Part shown: one piece after another, positions 50,039-59,831 of the stretch | Position numbering within the stretch: the first letter of the stretch is position 1 | Layout: the number at the start of each line of letters is the position of its first letter | NCBI GenBank assembly: GCA_963809485.1 | Contig: CAWEJX010000004.1 | Coordinates: 192,001-256,000, forward strand | Direction: 5' to 3' | DNA from: an uncultured Acidobacteriota bacterium | GTDB lineage: Bacteria; Acidobacteriota; UBA6911 | DNA length: 64,000 nt | Program-made: the position numbers and the translations under genes | The notes under the pieces: model-generated | Databases searched by the model: none | Told to the model about the DNA's origin: nothing | The model's input: the letters and a program-made list of their open reading frames with translations, nothing else

Positions 50039-51439
50039 TTACGAGACCATCATCGGCCCGGCCCCGGAAGGCGCGAGCCGGGCGGTGAAGTGGCTCAGGT
50101 GCTCGGAGGCTTCAATCAGTTTGAGGCCGCGGATGGATCCCGAGCGCCGCGCAACGTCTGCGAACACCTCGATCACAAAGTCGATGTGGCTCTGCGTGTA
50201 GACGCGCCTCGGCACCGCAAGCCGCACGAGCTCCATCGGGGCGGGCTCAAAGATCCCGTTGCGATGCTTCCCGAACATGAGCGAACCAATCTCTACCGCG
50301 CGGATGCCGCCGGTCAGGTACAGCTCACAGACCAGAGCCTGGGCGGGATACTCCTGCGGCGGGATGTGGGGCAGCATGCGCCTGGCATCGACATAAATCC
50401 CATGCCCGCCGGGAGGCTCCACGAACGGCACGCCCGCTTTGCGCAAGCCGTCCCCGAAGTACTCGATCGATCGGATGCGGTAGCGCAGATATTCCTCGTC
50501 GAGCACCTCGCGCAGGCCGATGGCTATCGCCTCGAGGTCGCGGCCTGCAAGCCCGCCATAGGTCGAGAAACCCTCCCCGACGATCAGGGCCTCCCGGCAG
50601 CGCCTTGCGAGGTCCGCGTCATTCATCGCCAGGAATCCGCCCATGTTAACCAGGGCATCCTTCTTGGCGCTCATCATGCAGCCCTGCGCAAGCGAAAACA
50701 TCTCCCGCGCGATATCGGAAACGGGGCGGTCGGCGTAACCTTTCTCGCGCTTCTTGATGAACCACGCGTTCTCTGCAAAACGGGCGCAATCGAGGAAAAA
50801 CGGAACTCCGAACCCTCGGCAGATCTCGCTGCAGGCACGAAGATTTTGCATGGAGACCGGCTGGCCGCCGAGCGAGTTGTTGGTGACCGTCATCAGGACG
50901 AGCGGTATGCGTCCGGCTTTCGACTCGAGCGCCGCTTTTAGGGCCCTCAGGTCGATGTCTCCCTTGAAATCTCCGTATATCTCAAATTCGAGCGCTCCCG
51001 GAGCCGGGAGATCCACCGCCTCGGCGCCCGTTACCTCAATGTTTGCCCGCGTCGTATCAAAATGGGAGTTTGAGAGAAATGTTTTGTCACGTCCGCCGAT
51101 AATCGAAAACAGGATGCGCTCGGCCGCCCGGCCCTGGTGCACCGGAATGACTTCCCGGAAGCCGGTCAGTTCCCGGACGCTCTTCTCGAAGGCGTAAAAG
51201 CTTCGCGCCCCTGCGTATGCCTCGTCTCCCCGCATGATGCCGGCCCACTGCTCCGACGACATCGCCGAGGTGCCGGAGTCGGTGAGCAGGTCGATGAGGA
51301 CCTTGTCCGAGGGGATGTTAAACATGTTGTAGCCGCCGTCCTGCAGGGCTTTTTCACGCTCCGCGCGCGTTGTAAAACCGAGGGGCTCGACGCACTTGAT
51401 CTTGAAAGGCTCGATGATGGTCTTCCAGTTCCAATACAT
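50039..51439 (-). CDS. tnaA: Tryptophanase (beta-eliminating lyase)
   Basis: EPFKIK, IDLLTDSGT, GDEAYAG, HQGRAAE, HFDTTRAN, MSAKKD (PLP Lys), ELVRLAVPRRVYT, HFTA. Confidence 0.88.
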   Translation of the reverse strand: MYWNWKTIIEPFKIKCVEPLGFTTRAEREKALQDGGYNMFNIPSDKVLIDLLTDSGTSAMSSEQWAGIMRGDEAYAGARSFYAFEKSVRELTGFREVIPVHQGRAAERILFSIIGGRDKTFLSNSHFDTTRANIEVTGAEAVDLPAPGALEFEIYGDFKGDIDLRALKAALESKAGRIPLVLMTVTNNSLGGQPVSMQNLRACSEICRGFGVPFFLDCARFAENAWFIKKREKGYADRPVSDIAREMFSLAQGCMMSAKKDALVNMGGFLAMNDADLARRCREALIVGEGFSTYGGLAGRDLEAIAIGLREVLDEEYLRYRIRSIEYFGDGLRKAGVPFVEPPGGHGIYVDARRMLPHIPPQEYPAQALVCELYLTGGIRAVEIGSLMFGKHRNGIFEPAPMELVRLAVPRRVYTQSHIDFVIEVFADVARRSGSIRGLKLIEASEHLSHFTARLAPSGAGPMMVS

Positions 51440-51491
51440 GGCTCCCACCTCCGGAATCCGATGCAGAATCCTGAGCCGCTGCATCGCCTCG

Positions 51492-51779
51492 CTATTCCAG
51501 CTTTTTGAGCTCGGCTTCCATTTCCGCAGCGCGTGCTTCCCGATGTGTCTTCCTCAGAAGATTCGCGCAGCCGCGGAACGTGTCGTAGGCAGACGGATAG
51601 TAGCTTCCATCCGGCTTTCGAGACACAGCCAGGGCTTTTTCGTAAAGAGCCTCCGCTTCCTTGAGGCGGCCGCCCTGCTCCGCAGCGATGTACGCATTCG
51701 GCCAGGCCCGGAACTCCTGCCCGGCAAGCCTCTGATTCAACAATGCCTCGGAGCATTTTCGATCACAGGCATTGTTCAT
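51492..51779 (-). pseudogene. TPR-protein C-terminal remnant
   Basis: GRLKEAEALYEKALA..ANLLRKTHR..AAEME; no convincing 5' part. Confidence 0.45.
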
Positions 51780-51965
51780 TACCGGCAGAAGCCGCCTGAA
51801 TGCTGCAGAGCCTTACGCGTCTTTGAAGTCATTATAGTCGCCGAACACCGCCATCAAAAGGAAATTGGCTTGCTTCAGAACTCGGGGAGGGAGGCCAGCA
51901 CCGCCTCAGCGGCAGCTGGACGTTGATGAATTGGATCCGCTGCATGATACTATTCAGGCCAACCC

Positions 51966-52739
51966 ATGCAGAAAGATCTGGAGTATCTTCGCGCAACCTT
52001 TAATAAAAGCGCGGAATGGTATGATCAGATACGCCCGGGGTATCCGGAAGCGCTTGCCGATGATGTAATCACCCTGTCTGCAATTCCGGAAAATGGAGAG
52101 ATACTCGAGATCGGCTGCGGGACCGGCAAGGCCACTGAGATGTTCGCCTCCCGCGGCTACGCAATGCTGTGTCTCGATATCGGGATGGACCTGGCAGCCG
52201 TCGCCGTCCGGAAATTCAGTGAGTCAGCCCAAGTTAAGATCGCGGTGAGTTCCTTTGAAGAGTGGGAATCCGGCGGCCGGCTTTTTGATCTGGTGATTGC
52301 CGCAACTTCATTTCACTGGATTGACCCGGCGATTGCCCATGCCAAGAGTGCGGCAATCCTCAAACCCAGCGGTTCGCTTGCCGTTTTCTGGAACACGGCC
52401 ATCCGCCGGGATGAGGGATTCTTCATGCGTGTTCAGGATGTCTATCGCGCATGCGCTCCGTCCCTGGTGAGCGCTGCGGCAGAGTTGGATCGATATGAGG
52501 CAGAGCCAGTGAACAGCCCGCTCTTTTGTGACCCGATCGTGCGAAGATACCAATGGACGAAAGAATACAGCGCGGAGGAATATATCGACCTGCTCGGCAC
52601 CTATTCCGACCATATCAGTCTTCCGGATTCCGAAAGAAGGGGCTTGTTTTCGGGCATCGCGGACATGATCCAGCGGGAATACGGCGGAAGAGTGGTGAAG
52701 CACTACGAATCAGTTCTAAGGCTGCTGCGCAAGAGGTAA
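51966..52739 (+). CDS. Class I SAM-dependent methyltransferase
   Basis: YDQIRPGYP, LEIGCGTGKAT, AATSFHWID. Confidence 0.92.
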   Translation: MQKDLEYLRATFNKSAEWYDQIRPGYPEALADDVITLSAIPENGEILEIGCGTGKATEMFASRGYAMLCLDIGMDLAAVAVRKFSESAQVKIAVSSFEEWESGGRLFDLVIAATSFHWIDPAIAHAKSAAILKPSGSLAVFWNTAIRRDEGFFMRVQDVYRACAPSLVSAAAELDRYEAEPVNSPLFCDPIVRRYQWTKEYSAEEYIDLLGTYSDHISLPDSERRGLFSGIADMIQREYGGRVVKHYESVLRLLRKR

Positions 52740-52787
52740 ACAACGAAGCGGCCGGCGCTTGGAAGAGCCGTCCCTATCAATTCTGGC

Positions 52788-52905
52788 ACGCTGACTTTCA
52801 CTCTAATGGTCAGCGTTCATCGGCTCTTTTTCAGCATATGTCAGCGTTATCCAATTGCAGAATTATCGAGCTCCCTAAGTCCTCCGGCAAAGCGTGGGGA
52901 TTGTC
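52788..52905 (+). repeat. TCAGCGT-array copy with degenerate hairpin-end tail
   Basis: acgctgac..gtcagcgttcatcggctctttttcagcatatgtcagcgtta..agtcctccggcaaagcgtgggg. Confidence 0.78.
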
Positions 52906-53260
52906 GGTGCATGCAAAATCTAATCATTCACATCAATATATTCCACATTGCCTTGTGGTTTCGACCATTGCCTTGACGTTTTCTATCTTTGCTTCATCCA
53001 GCGGGCAACTGTGTCCCATAATAAATCCGCCGACCTTGCAATTGACTTTGGTTTTGCCTTTGTGTCAAATAGCCCCAATCTATCTGGCGATCCATTAAGC
53101 AAATGCCGGTAATTAGCAGTCCGGGGGCGCTGCGGTCGCTTTCACGCTCTTAATTCGCCGCCACCAGCCTGCCGTACCGTTGAGCTAATGCCTTGCGACG
53201 CTTGCATTAACCCGCCGCTGTCATCAGGTCTGAACCGCCGGAATGATAGAAAGGAATCCC

Positions 53261-56200
53261 ATGAAAAGGTCCCTCGTTGCTTCGTTTCTCATAACAGCAT
53301 TTCTGCTGATTCTCCAGACGAGCCATTCTTTTGCCCAGTCGGGCAATGTTGTCATCACTTCCGACACGACCTGGCCTTCAGGCACATATAATCTAAGCAG
53401 CCTGAAGGTTACCAATAATGCAAGGCTGCTTTTGCAGGGCGCCGATACAACGGGCAAGGTGGGCGGCCTGTGGCAGGGCAAGGGAGTGACGATTGTCTCC
53501 GCGAGCATAGAAGTTGATCCCGGCAGTTCAATTAGCGCCGACGGACAGGGTTACACTGGAGGAGCGACAGCTCATCCGGGTAATGGCCCCGGCGGCGGTT
53601 GCGGGACTGATCTATATGACAGTGCAGGAGGAAGCTATGGCGGCTTGGGATGGGGGCCTGCGTCCTGCCCTCCAGGACCGGTTTACGGATCCGCTCTGAC
53701 GCCGGCCGATCCCGGTTCGGGCGGCGGCGGCACCACGACCACCTCCGGAGGCGGTGGCTATGGTGATCATGTTGGCGGCGACGGCGGCGGAGCCATACGC
53801 CTGATCGTCAGCGGCACGCTCACGAACAATGGAACAATTTCTGCCAACGGAACGAGTGGCATCGGGCTTTGGCCCCCGGGTCTCGACAACTATGCCGGCG
53901 GGGGCTCGGGCGGCTCCATCTGGGTGACCGCAGGCGTTCTGACGGGTTCCGGCAATTTCACAGCGAATGGCGCGCCCCGGTATTGGGGCGCGCCAACCTG
54001 GCCTTCGGGCGGCGGCGGGCGCATCGCTGTCTACTACGGTGCTGACGGCTCTTTTACCGGATTCGACTCCTCCACAGCCAACGGGGCGCCTGCAGCCCAA
54101 CAGGGCACCGTTGCTTTCATAGACTCGAGTCAGAATGACCTTCTAGTAACCGGAGCACAGCGCTTCATTTACAGCCAGGATTCGGCAATCACCTTTCATA
54201 ACATAACCGTAAGAGGCGGCGCCAGTTTGACGGTTGGCGGCAATTCAACAATTACCGTTACCGGCACCATCCTGGTTACAGAAAATTCAAAGATCATTCT
54301 CGAGGGTAAGAACAGGAATGCATCAACAGGCGGCCTGGGCGTGACGGTTACGGCTGCCAACGTCCAGGTGGACTCCGGCAGCTCAATCAATGCGAACGGG
54401 CAGGGCTACACCGGCGGAGCGACAGGGCAGCCGGGGAACGGCCCGGGGGGCGGTTGCGGGACTCTTGGATTTGACAGTGCAGGAGGAAGCTATGGCGGCC
54501 GCGGCTATGGCACCCCTACCTGCAGCTCCGGACCGACCTATGGATCGGCCCAATATCCAACCGACTTTGGTTCAGGCGGCGGCGGCACGACTACCACCTC
54601 CGGAGGCAGTGGCACTGGTGATCATGTCGGCGGCGACGGCGGGGGGGCCATTCGTATGATCGTTACCGGAACAATCCTCAACAACGGTGCGATTTCCGCC
54701 AATGGCAGCAGCGGCCTTGCACTTTGGCCTCCAAGCCTTGACTGCTACGCCGGTGGCGGCTCGGGCGGTTCTCTCTGGATAACCGTGGGGACTCTATCGG
54801 GTTCCGGTGTGTTCTCGGCCGATGGCGGACCCCGATATTGGGGCGCGCCAACCGATCCTTCGGGCGGCGGCGGCAGAGTCGCCATCTATTACTCAAGCAA
54901 TACGTTTGGCGGGGCAATAACGGCTGACAAAGGAAGCGCCGGATCAGAGGATGGGACAGTCAACCTGGTTTCTACAATAGTCAACATCACCATCCGCACG
55001 AATCCGTCGGGACGCAGCTTCACCGTAGATGGAACGGGCTACAGCAGCACCCAGACATTCAATTGGGAAATGGGCAGCAATCACTCCATTTCAACGTCAT
55101 CCCTGCAGGCAGGTGCGACCGGAACACGCTATGTTTTTACCAATTGGTCGGACGGAGGCGCCCTGAGCCACAGTATTACGGCTCCCGAAAGCACGACTAC
55201 CTACACTGCAACCTTTAAGACTCAATACCGGCTAACGACCACCCCATCCCCCACAGCCGGCGGCACGATTGCGGCGTCACCCTCCTCATCCGATGGATAC
55301 TACGACAGCGGCACCTCCGTGCAACTGACTGCCACGGCAAACAGCGGCTATGCGTTCGCCAACTGGTCGGGCGACTTGAGCGGAACCACAAATCCGCAAA
55401 ACGCGACTCTCAGCGCACCCCGGTCCGTAACCGCCAACTTCAACGCCGTGGTCATGACATCGATAACAATCGGCACGAACCCGGAAGGCCGCAGTTTCAC
55501 AGTAGATGGCACGGCCTATACAAACACTCAGACCTTTTCATGGGAGGAGGGCAGTGTTCACACAATCGCGACCTCAACTCCGCAGGCCGGGTTGACGGGT
55601 ACGCGATACCGATTTGCAAACTGGTCGGATGGCGGCAGCCTGAGTCACAGCGTCACGACGCCCGGCAGCGCAAGGACATACACCGCCAATTTCACGACCC
55701 AGTATCAGTTGACCGTTTTGGCCACCCCTCTGGTGGGCGGATCTGTCGCTGCGACACCCGCATCGGCAGACGGTTTCTATGACAGTGGCACATCCGTGCA
55801 ACTGACCGCTTCATCCAATAGCGGTTTCGCCTTCTCAGACTGGTCGGGGGATTTGAGCGGAACTGCAAATCCGCAGAGCTTGATTCTCAGTGCACCCCGG
55901 TCCGTAACGGCCAACTTCAGCGCCCTGGCCGGCGTAGCGGTTATCGTTTCCACGAATCCGGCCGGGCGCAGCTTCACAGTGGATGGAGTGGCATACACGA
56001 CGACCCAGAATTTCATTTGGACAGAGGGAAGCAGTCACACGATTTCCACAACCTCGCCTCAAACGAGCTCCGGGACGCGATACCAGTTTGCTGCCTGGAG
56101 CGATGGGGGAGCAATCAGCCACTCAATCAATGTTCCCGCTACAACAACCACTTACACGGCCGGTTTTACGGTTCAGTATAGGCTGACCACATCGGCTTCA

Positions 56201-57847
56201 CCTGCCAACGGAGGGCATGTAAATGCAAACCCGGCTTCATCGGACGGATATTATGCCTCCGGAACCGCAGTGCAGTTGACAGCCGGAGAAAACAGCGGCT
56301 ATTTCTTTTCAAGCTGGAGCGGCGACTTGTCGGGGATGGCGAATCCCCAAACGGTGACGATGTCAGTTCCTCGCAGCATTACCGCGAATTTCATGCCCAA
56401 AGGTGTTTCGGTGAACCTTACTTTGAGTCGCGGAGCCGCGGCAGCTGCCGGCACTGCAGGGACTGGCGAAGCGGTCCGGGTTGGTTACTCGACGCTGACG
56501 CTGAATTCAGGCGTCGATCCATACGGAACGGCCGTGTTCAGCTTTATGCAGTCCGGAATAACCGTTACGGAGGCGGGCGTTCCTGCATCTCCTCCCACGA
56601 CTCGAGCACGGATCTTTATTGACTACCGTGAGGCCGTGGATGCAGTGCCCGGGCGAAGTGGCTCCGGAATAATTGACATCAACACCGGTATCGTTGTCGT
56701 CAATTACGGCTCGGCCGCCGCCAACGCCACCTATACCTTGCGCGACATGGAAGGCACCATCATCGCGACCGGCCATGGAGAACCATTGAATCCGGGAAAT
56801 CATTTCGCCTGCTTCATCCATGAATTAAAGGACAGGGCCGCACCGGATTTCAATCTCCCTCCGGATTTCCAAAACACGACTCAATTCGGCTCTCTCGAAA
56901 TTGCCAGCGACCAGCCGGTATCGGTGCTGGGTTTGCGCGGGACTTATAACCAGAGAGACGAATTTCTCATCACAACCACGCCAGTAGCCGATCTGATTCA
57001 GCCCTTCATCAACAGCTCCATATATTTTCCTCAGTTTGTCGATGGCGGCGGATACACCACGTCGCTGATTCTTCTGAATACATCCGGCGTGACCGAAACG
57101 GGCAGCCTTCAAATCATGGACAAATTTGGTGCTCCTTTTGTTGTCCAGCAGGCCGGCGGCGCGGCCGGTTCATCCTTCATGTATTCGATCCAGCCCCACG
57201 GCGTTTACCGATTCCAGACGGACGGATCCCCCACGGATGTCAAGGCGGGATGGGTGCGGCTGACGCCTGATTCAGGCAAATCCACGCCTGTCGGTTCGGG
57301 GGTATTCGGATTTAACCCGCTAAACATCCTGGTATCGGAATCCGGCATTCCTTCAGCGGTTTCCACCACTCACGCCCGTGTTTATGTGGATCTTTCGGGC
57401 AAGCACAATACGGGTCTGGCGATCGCAAACACTGCAGATACGAGCGCCGAAATCGCGCTTAAGGCATATCAAAGCGACGGTGTCACGGAAATAGGCGCCA
57501 GCCAGGACATTCCTCCGCTGGATGCCCACGGGCACACTGCGGCATTCGCCAACGAGTTTATCTCGGGACTGCCCGCCGGATTCAACGGTGTGCTGGACAT
57601 CAGTTCGACCGCACCCTTTGCGGCCCTGACGCTGCGTTCCCTATACAACGAGCGTGATGATTTCCTGATGACGACATTCCCGGTTGCGGATGCGAATAGG
57701 CCCGCTCCGAGTCCGATAGTATTTCCCCAAATTGTCGATGGGGGAGGCTATATAACGCAATTTTTCTTCATCAGCCCAAGCGGGGAATCGAGCGCAACTC
57801 TCCATTTCCGGGATGAAGAAGGGGAGCCGATGCCAGTGGGGAGATAA
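53261..57847 (+). CDS. Large secreted/surface protein: duplicated Gly-rich unit, three tandem InlB-B-repeat-like modules, duplicated PQxVDGGGY C-terminal domain
   Basis: Signal peptide; two ADG/NG-QGYTGGA..GGGSGGS..GGGGR units; three TNPxGRSFTVDG..WSDGG..WSGDLSG..TANF repeats. Confidence 0.88.
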   Translation: MKRSLVASFLITAFLLILQTSHSFAQSGNVVITSDTTWPSGTYNLSSLKVTNNARLLLQGADTTGKVGGLWQGKGVTIVSASIEVDPGSSISADGQGYTGGATAHPGNGPGGGCGTDLYDSAGGSYGGLGWGPASCPPGPVYGSALTPADPGSGGGGTTTTSGGGGYGDHVGGDGGGAIRLIVSGTLTNNGTISANGTSGIGLWPPGLDNYAGGGSGGSIWVTAGVLTGSGNFTANGAPRYWGAPTWPSGGGGRIAVYYGADGSFTGFDSSTANGAPAAQQGTVAFIDSSQNDLLVTGAQRFIYSQDSAITFHNITVRGGASLTVGGNSTITVTGTILVTENSKIILEGKNRNASTGGLGVTVTAANVQVDSGSSINANGQGYTGGATGQPGNGPGGGCGTLGFDSAGGSYGGRGYGTPTCSSGPTYGSAQYPTDFGSGGGGTTTTSGGSGTGDHVGGDGGGAIRMIVTGTILNNGAISANGSSGLALWPPSLDCYAGGGSGGSLWITVGTLSGSGVFSADGGPRYWGAPTDPSGGGGRVAIYYSSNTFGGAITADKGSAGSEDGTVNLVSTIVNITIRTNPSGRSFTVDGTGYSSTQTFNWEMGSNHSISTSSLQAGATGTRYVFTNWSDGGALSHSITAPESTTTYTATFKTQYRLTTTPSPTAGGTIAASPSSSDGYYDSGTSVQLTATANSGYAFANWSGDLSGTTNPQNATLSAPRSVTANFNAVVMTSITIGTNPEGRSFTVDGTAYTNTQTFSWEEGSVHTIATSTPQAGLTGTRYRFANWSDGGSLSHSVTTPGSARTYTANFTTQYQLTVLATPLVGGSVAATPASADGFYDSGTSVQLTASSNSGFAFSDWSGDLSGTANPQSLILSAPRSVTANFSALAGVAVIVSTNPAGRSFTVDGVAYTTTQNFIWTEGSSHTISTTSPQTSSGTRYQFAAWSDGGAISHSINVPATTTTYTAGFTVQYRLTTSASPANGGHVNANPASSDGYYASGTAVQLTAGENSGYFFSSWSGDLSGMANPQTVTMSVPRSITANFMPKGVSVNLTLSRGAAAAAGTAGTGEAVRVGYSTLTLNSGVDPYGTAVFSFMQSGITVTEAGVPASPPTTRARIFIDYREAVDAVPGRSGSGIIDINTGIVVVNYGSAAANATYTLRDMEGTIIATGHGEPLNPGNHFACFIHELKDRAAPDFNLPPDFQNTTQFGSLEIASDQPVSVLGLRGTYNQRDEFLITTTPVADLIQPFINSSIYFPQFVDGGGYTTSLILLNTSGVTETGSLQIMDKFGAPFVVQQAGGAAGSSFMYSIQPHGVYRFQTDGSPTDVKAGWVRLTPDSGKSTPVGSGVFGFNPLNILVSESGIPSAVSTTHARVYVDLSGKHNTGLAIANTADTSAEIALKAYQSDGVTEIGASQDIPPLDAHGHTAAFANEFISGLPAGFNGVLDISSTAPFAALTLRSLYNERDDFLMTTFPVADANRPAPSPIVFPQIVDGGGYITQFFFISPSGESSATLHFRDEEGEPMPVGR

Positions 57848-57890
57848 GCTGTCTTTGGACCTTATGCTTTGACTTTATCTTCATGTAACT

Positions 57891-57980
57891 GTCAGCGTTC
57901 AGCAGCGCCTTTGTCATAGACGTACGTCAGCGTTACATGATACCCGGGCTGCCAGACTCTACGAGTCCTCCCGAAAAGCT
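57891..57980 (+). repeat. TCAGCGT-array copy with degenerate tail
   Basis: gtcagcgttcagcagcgcctttgtcatagacgtacgtcagcgtta..gggctgccagactctacgagtcctcccg. Confidence 0.75.
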
Positions 57981-58113
57981 CAATTTATGTCTGTTTGGCG
58001 CTCATGCCTGAAGCGTCCTCGGATAATGCGGATTTCGTGGACAGCGAGATCGGGTTTAGAGCATTCTATTGCCAGAATCCGTAAAGAATTATCGACGCAA
58101 AAGGAGAAAATAC

Positions 58114-59310
58114 ATGGCCGGCCCCTATGAGGAGCTGAACAGGATTTTTGGTCCGCGCAACGTGCTGAACGACTCGAAAATCCTCGAGGCTTGCTCCAAA
58201 GATGAAAGCTTTTCCCAGCCGCTGAAACCGCATTACGTCGTCAAAGCCCAGAATGCAGCCCAGATCCAGGAGCTTGTGCAATGGGCGAACCGGACCCTGA
58301 CCCCCCTGGTGCCCGTAAGCTCCGGCCCCCCGCATTTTCGCGGGGACACGGTTCCCGGCGCCCCGGGCGCGATCATAGTCGACCTGAGCGCAATGAAGAA
58401 AATTGTTCATGTGGACAGGCGAAACCGGATGATCCTGATCGAGCCCGGCATCACCTATGCCCAGCTTCAGCCGGAGCTGGAAAAACACGGATTGCGGTTG
58501 TCTTCGCCGCTGGCTCCCCGCGCAAATAAATCCGTGATCGGGGCGCTGCTGGAAAGAGAACCGATAACAATCCCTCGATTGCAGTGGTCGATGCTGGATC
58601 CGTTGAGATGCACGGAAGTCATATGGGGCGATGGGCAAAGAATGACAACGGGCGAAGCCGCAGGCACGGATGCTTTGGAGACGGAATGGGCGAGACACCG
58701 TGCGCAGGTGATCCCGATGGGGCCGGGACAGACTAATTTCTATAAATTCACCTCGGCAGCTCAGGGCAGCATGGGCATCGTTACCTGGGCTTCCGTCAAA
58801 TGCGAGGTACTGCCCCAGGTCCATAAGCTCTTTTTGGTGCGGGCACCGGAACTGGCGGATCTCCTGGATCTGACCTATTCAATACTCAGAATCCGTTTTG
58901 GCGATGAACTCTTGATCATGAACAACTGGAATTTCGCCATGCTGCTTGGGAAAAATCCCGGCAGCATCGGCGCTCTCGCTGAAAATCTGCCTCGATGGGT
59001 CCTCATGGTAGGGATCGCAGGGAGGGACAGGCTGCCCGCGGAGAGAGTGGCCTACCAGCAAAAGGACATTTCCGCATTGGCTCAGAAACACGGTCTGCAG
59101 CTTCTACCGGAAGTCCCGGGGGTCGGGATGGAAAGGCAAAACGCGCTGTGCCGTGGGCGCGACGGCAAGGAGGTGCCCAGGGAGCGGAGGGAAGTTGCCT
59201 ATGCGGCATCCCCTCAGGCGCACGTATTCCGATACCAGCAGAAGATCCGGGAAGCCTTCAATCCCAACGATCTGGGCGACTCCTACTACGTTACTCTGGG
59301 TTCGCCCTGA
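58114..59310 (+). pseudogene. FAD-binding oxidoreductase, internally deleted or chimeric
   Basis: N-terminal ~335 aa parallel 29840-31358 (PLVPVSSGPPHFRG, LEREP, GPGQT, AQGSMG), then jumps to a KIREAFNPNDLGD tail without the GAFFSRPYG segment. Confidence 0.65.
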
Positions 59311-59411
59311 TTGCCGGATGAGTCGGCCAGGAATATGCGGTTCCCGCCACAAAGGCGTGTCCACCGCTCCGTGAATCTATCCGGCGGAGAATCCGCGAAG
59401 TCGGCGCCAAT

Positions 59412-59804
59412 ATGAAAGTCAGCGGCGTCACCCTACCGTCGCGAACCTATATGAGCAACAAGCTTGTTCCCGGATGCAACGTCTATGTGGAATATTCGTG
59501 GATCTATCAAATGCCCGAACCTGAGCTCGTTGTGCCCTCCGTTCATTCCCACCCCTACGAACAGGTTACCCTCATGATCGGCTCCGATCCTCAAAATCCC
59601 GAAAATCTCGGAGCAGCGGTAGAGAACTACCTGGGCGGGGAAAGAATGATCAGCGATAGGACCAATGCCATTTATATCCCAAAGGGAGTGGAGCACGGCC
59701 GTGTATGCTGGAAGAGCTTTGATAGACCGCATCTGCTGATGTCCATCACTCTGGGCACCGGCGACTTTGAAAAAGCCAACCCGGGCGGATACAGCAAAAA
59801 ATAG
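59412..59804 (+). CDS. Cupin-like hypothetical protein, related to 34504-34941
   Basis: HSHPYEQ..GSDP.NPENLGA.VE..YIPKGVEHG. Confidence 0.7.
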   Translation: MKVSGVTLPSRTYMSNKLVPGCNVYVEYSWIYQMPEPELVVPSVHSHPYEQVTLMIGSDPQNPENLGAAVENYLGGERMISDRTNAIYIPKGVEHGRVCWKSFDRPHLLMSITLGTGDFEKANPGGYSKK

Positions 59805-59831
59805 GACTTTCCCGGCGACTTGACCATCAGC

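Noticed and set aside
53095-53245. Structured-looking leader before the surface protein as a riboswitch
   Set aside because: I could not match it to c-di-GMP or any other riboswitch consensus; an Rfam scan would be needed.
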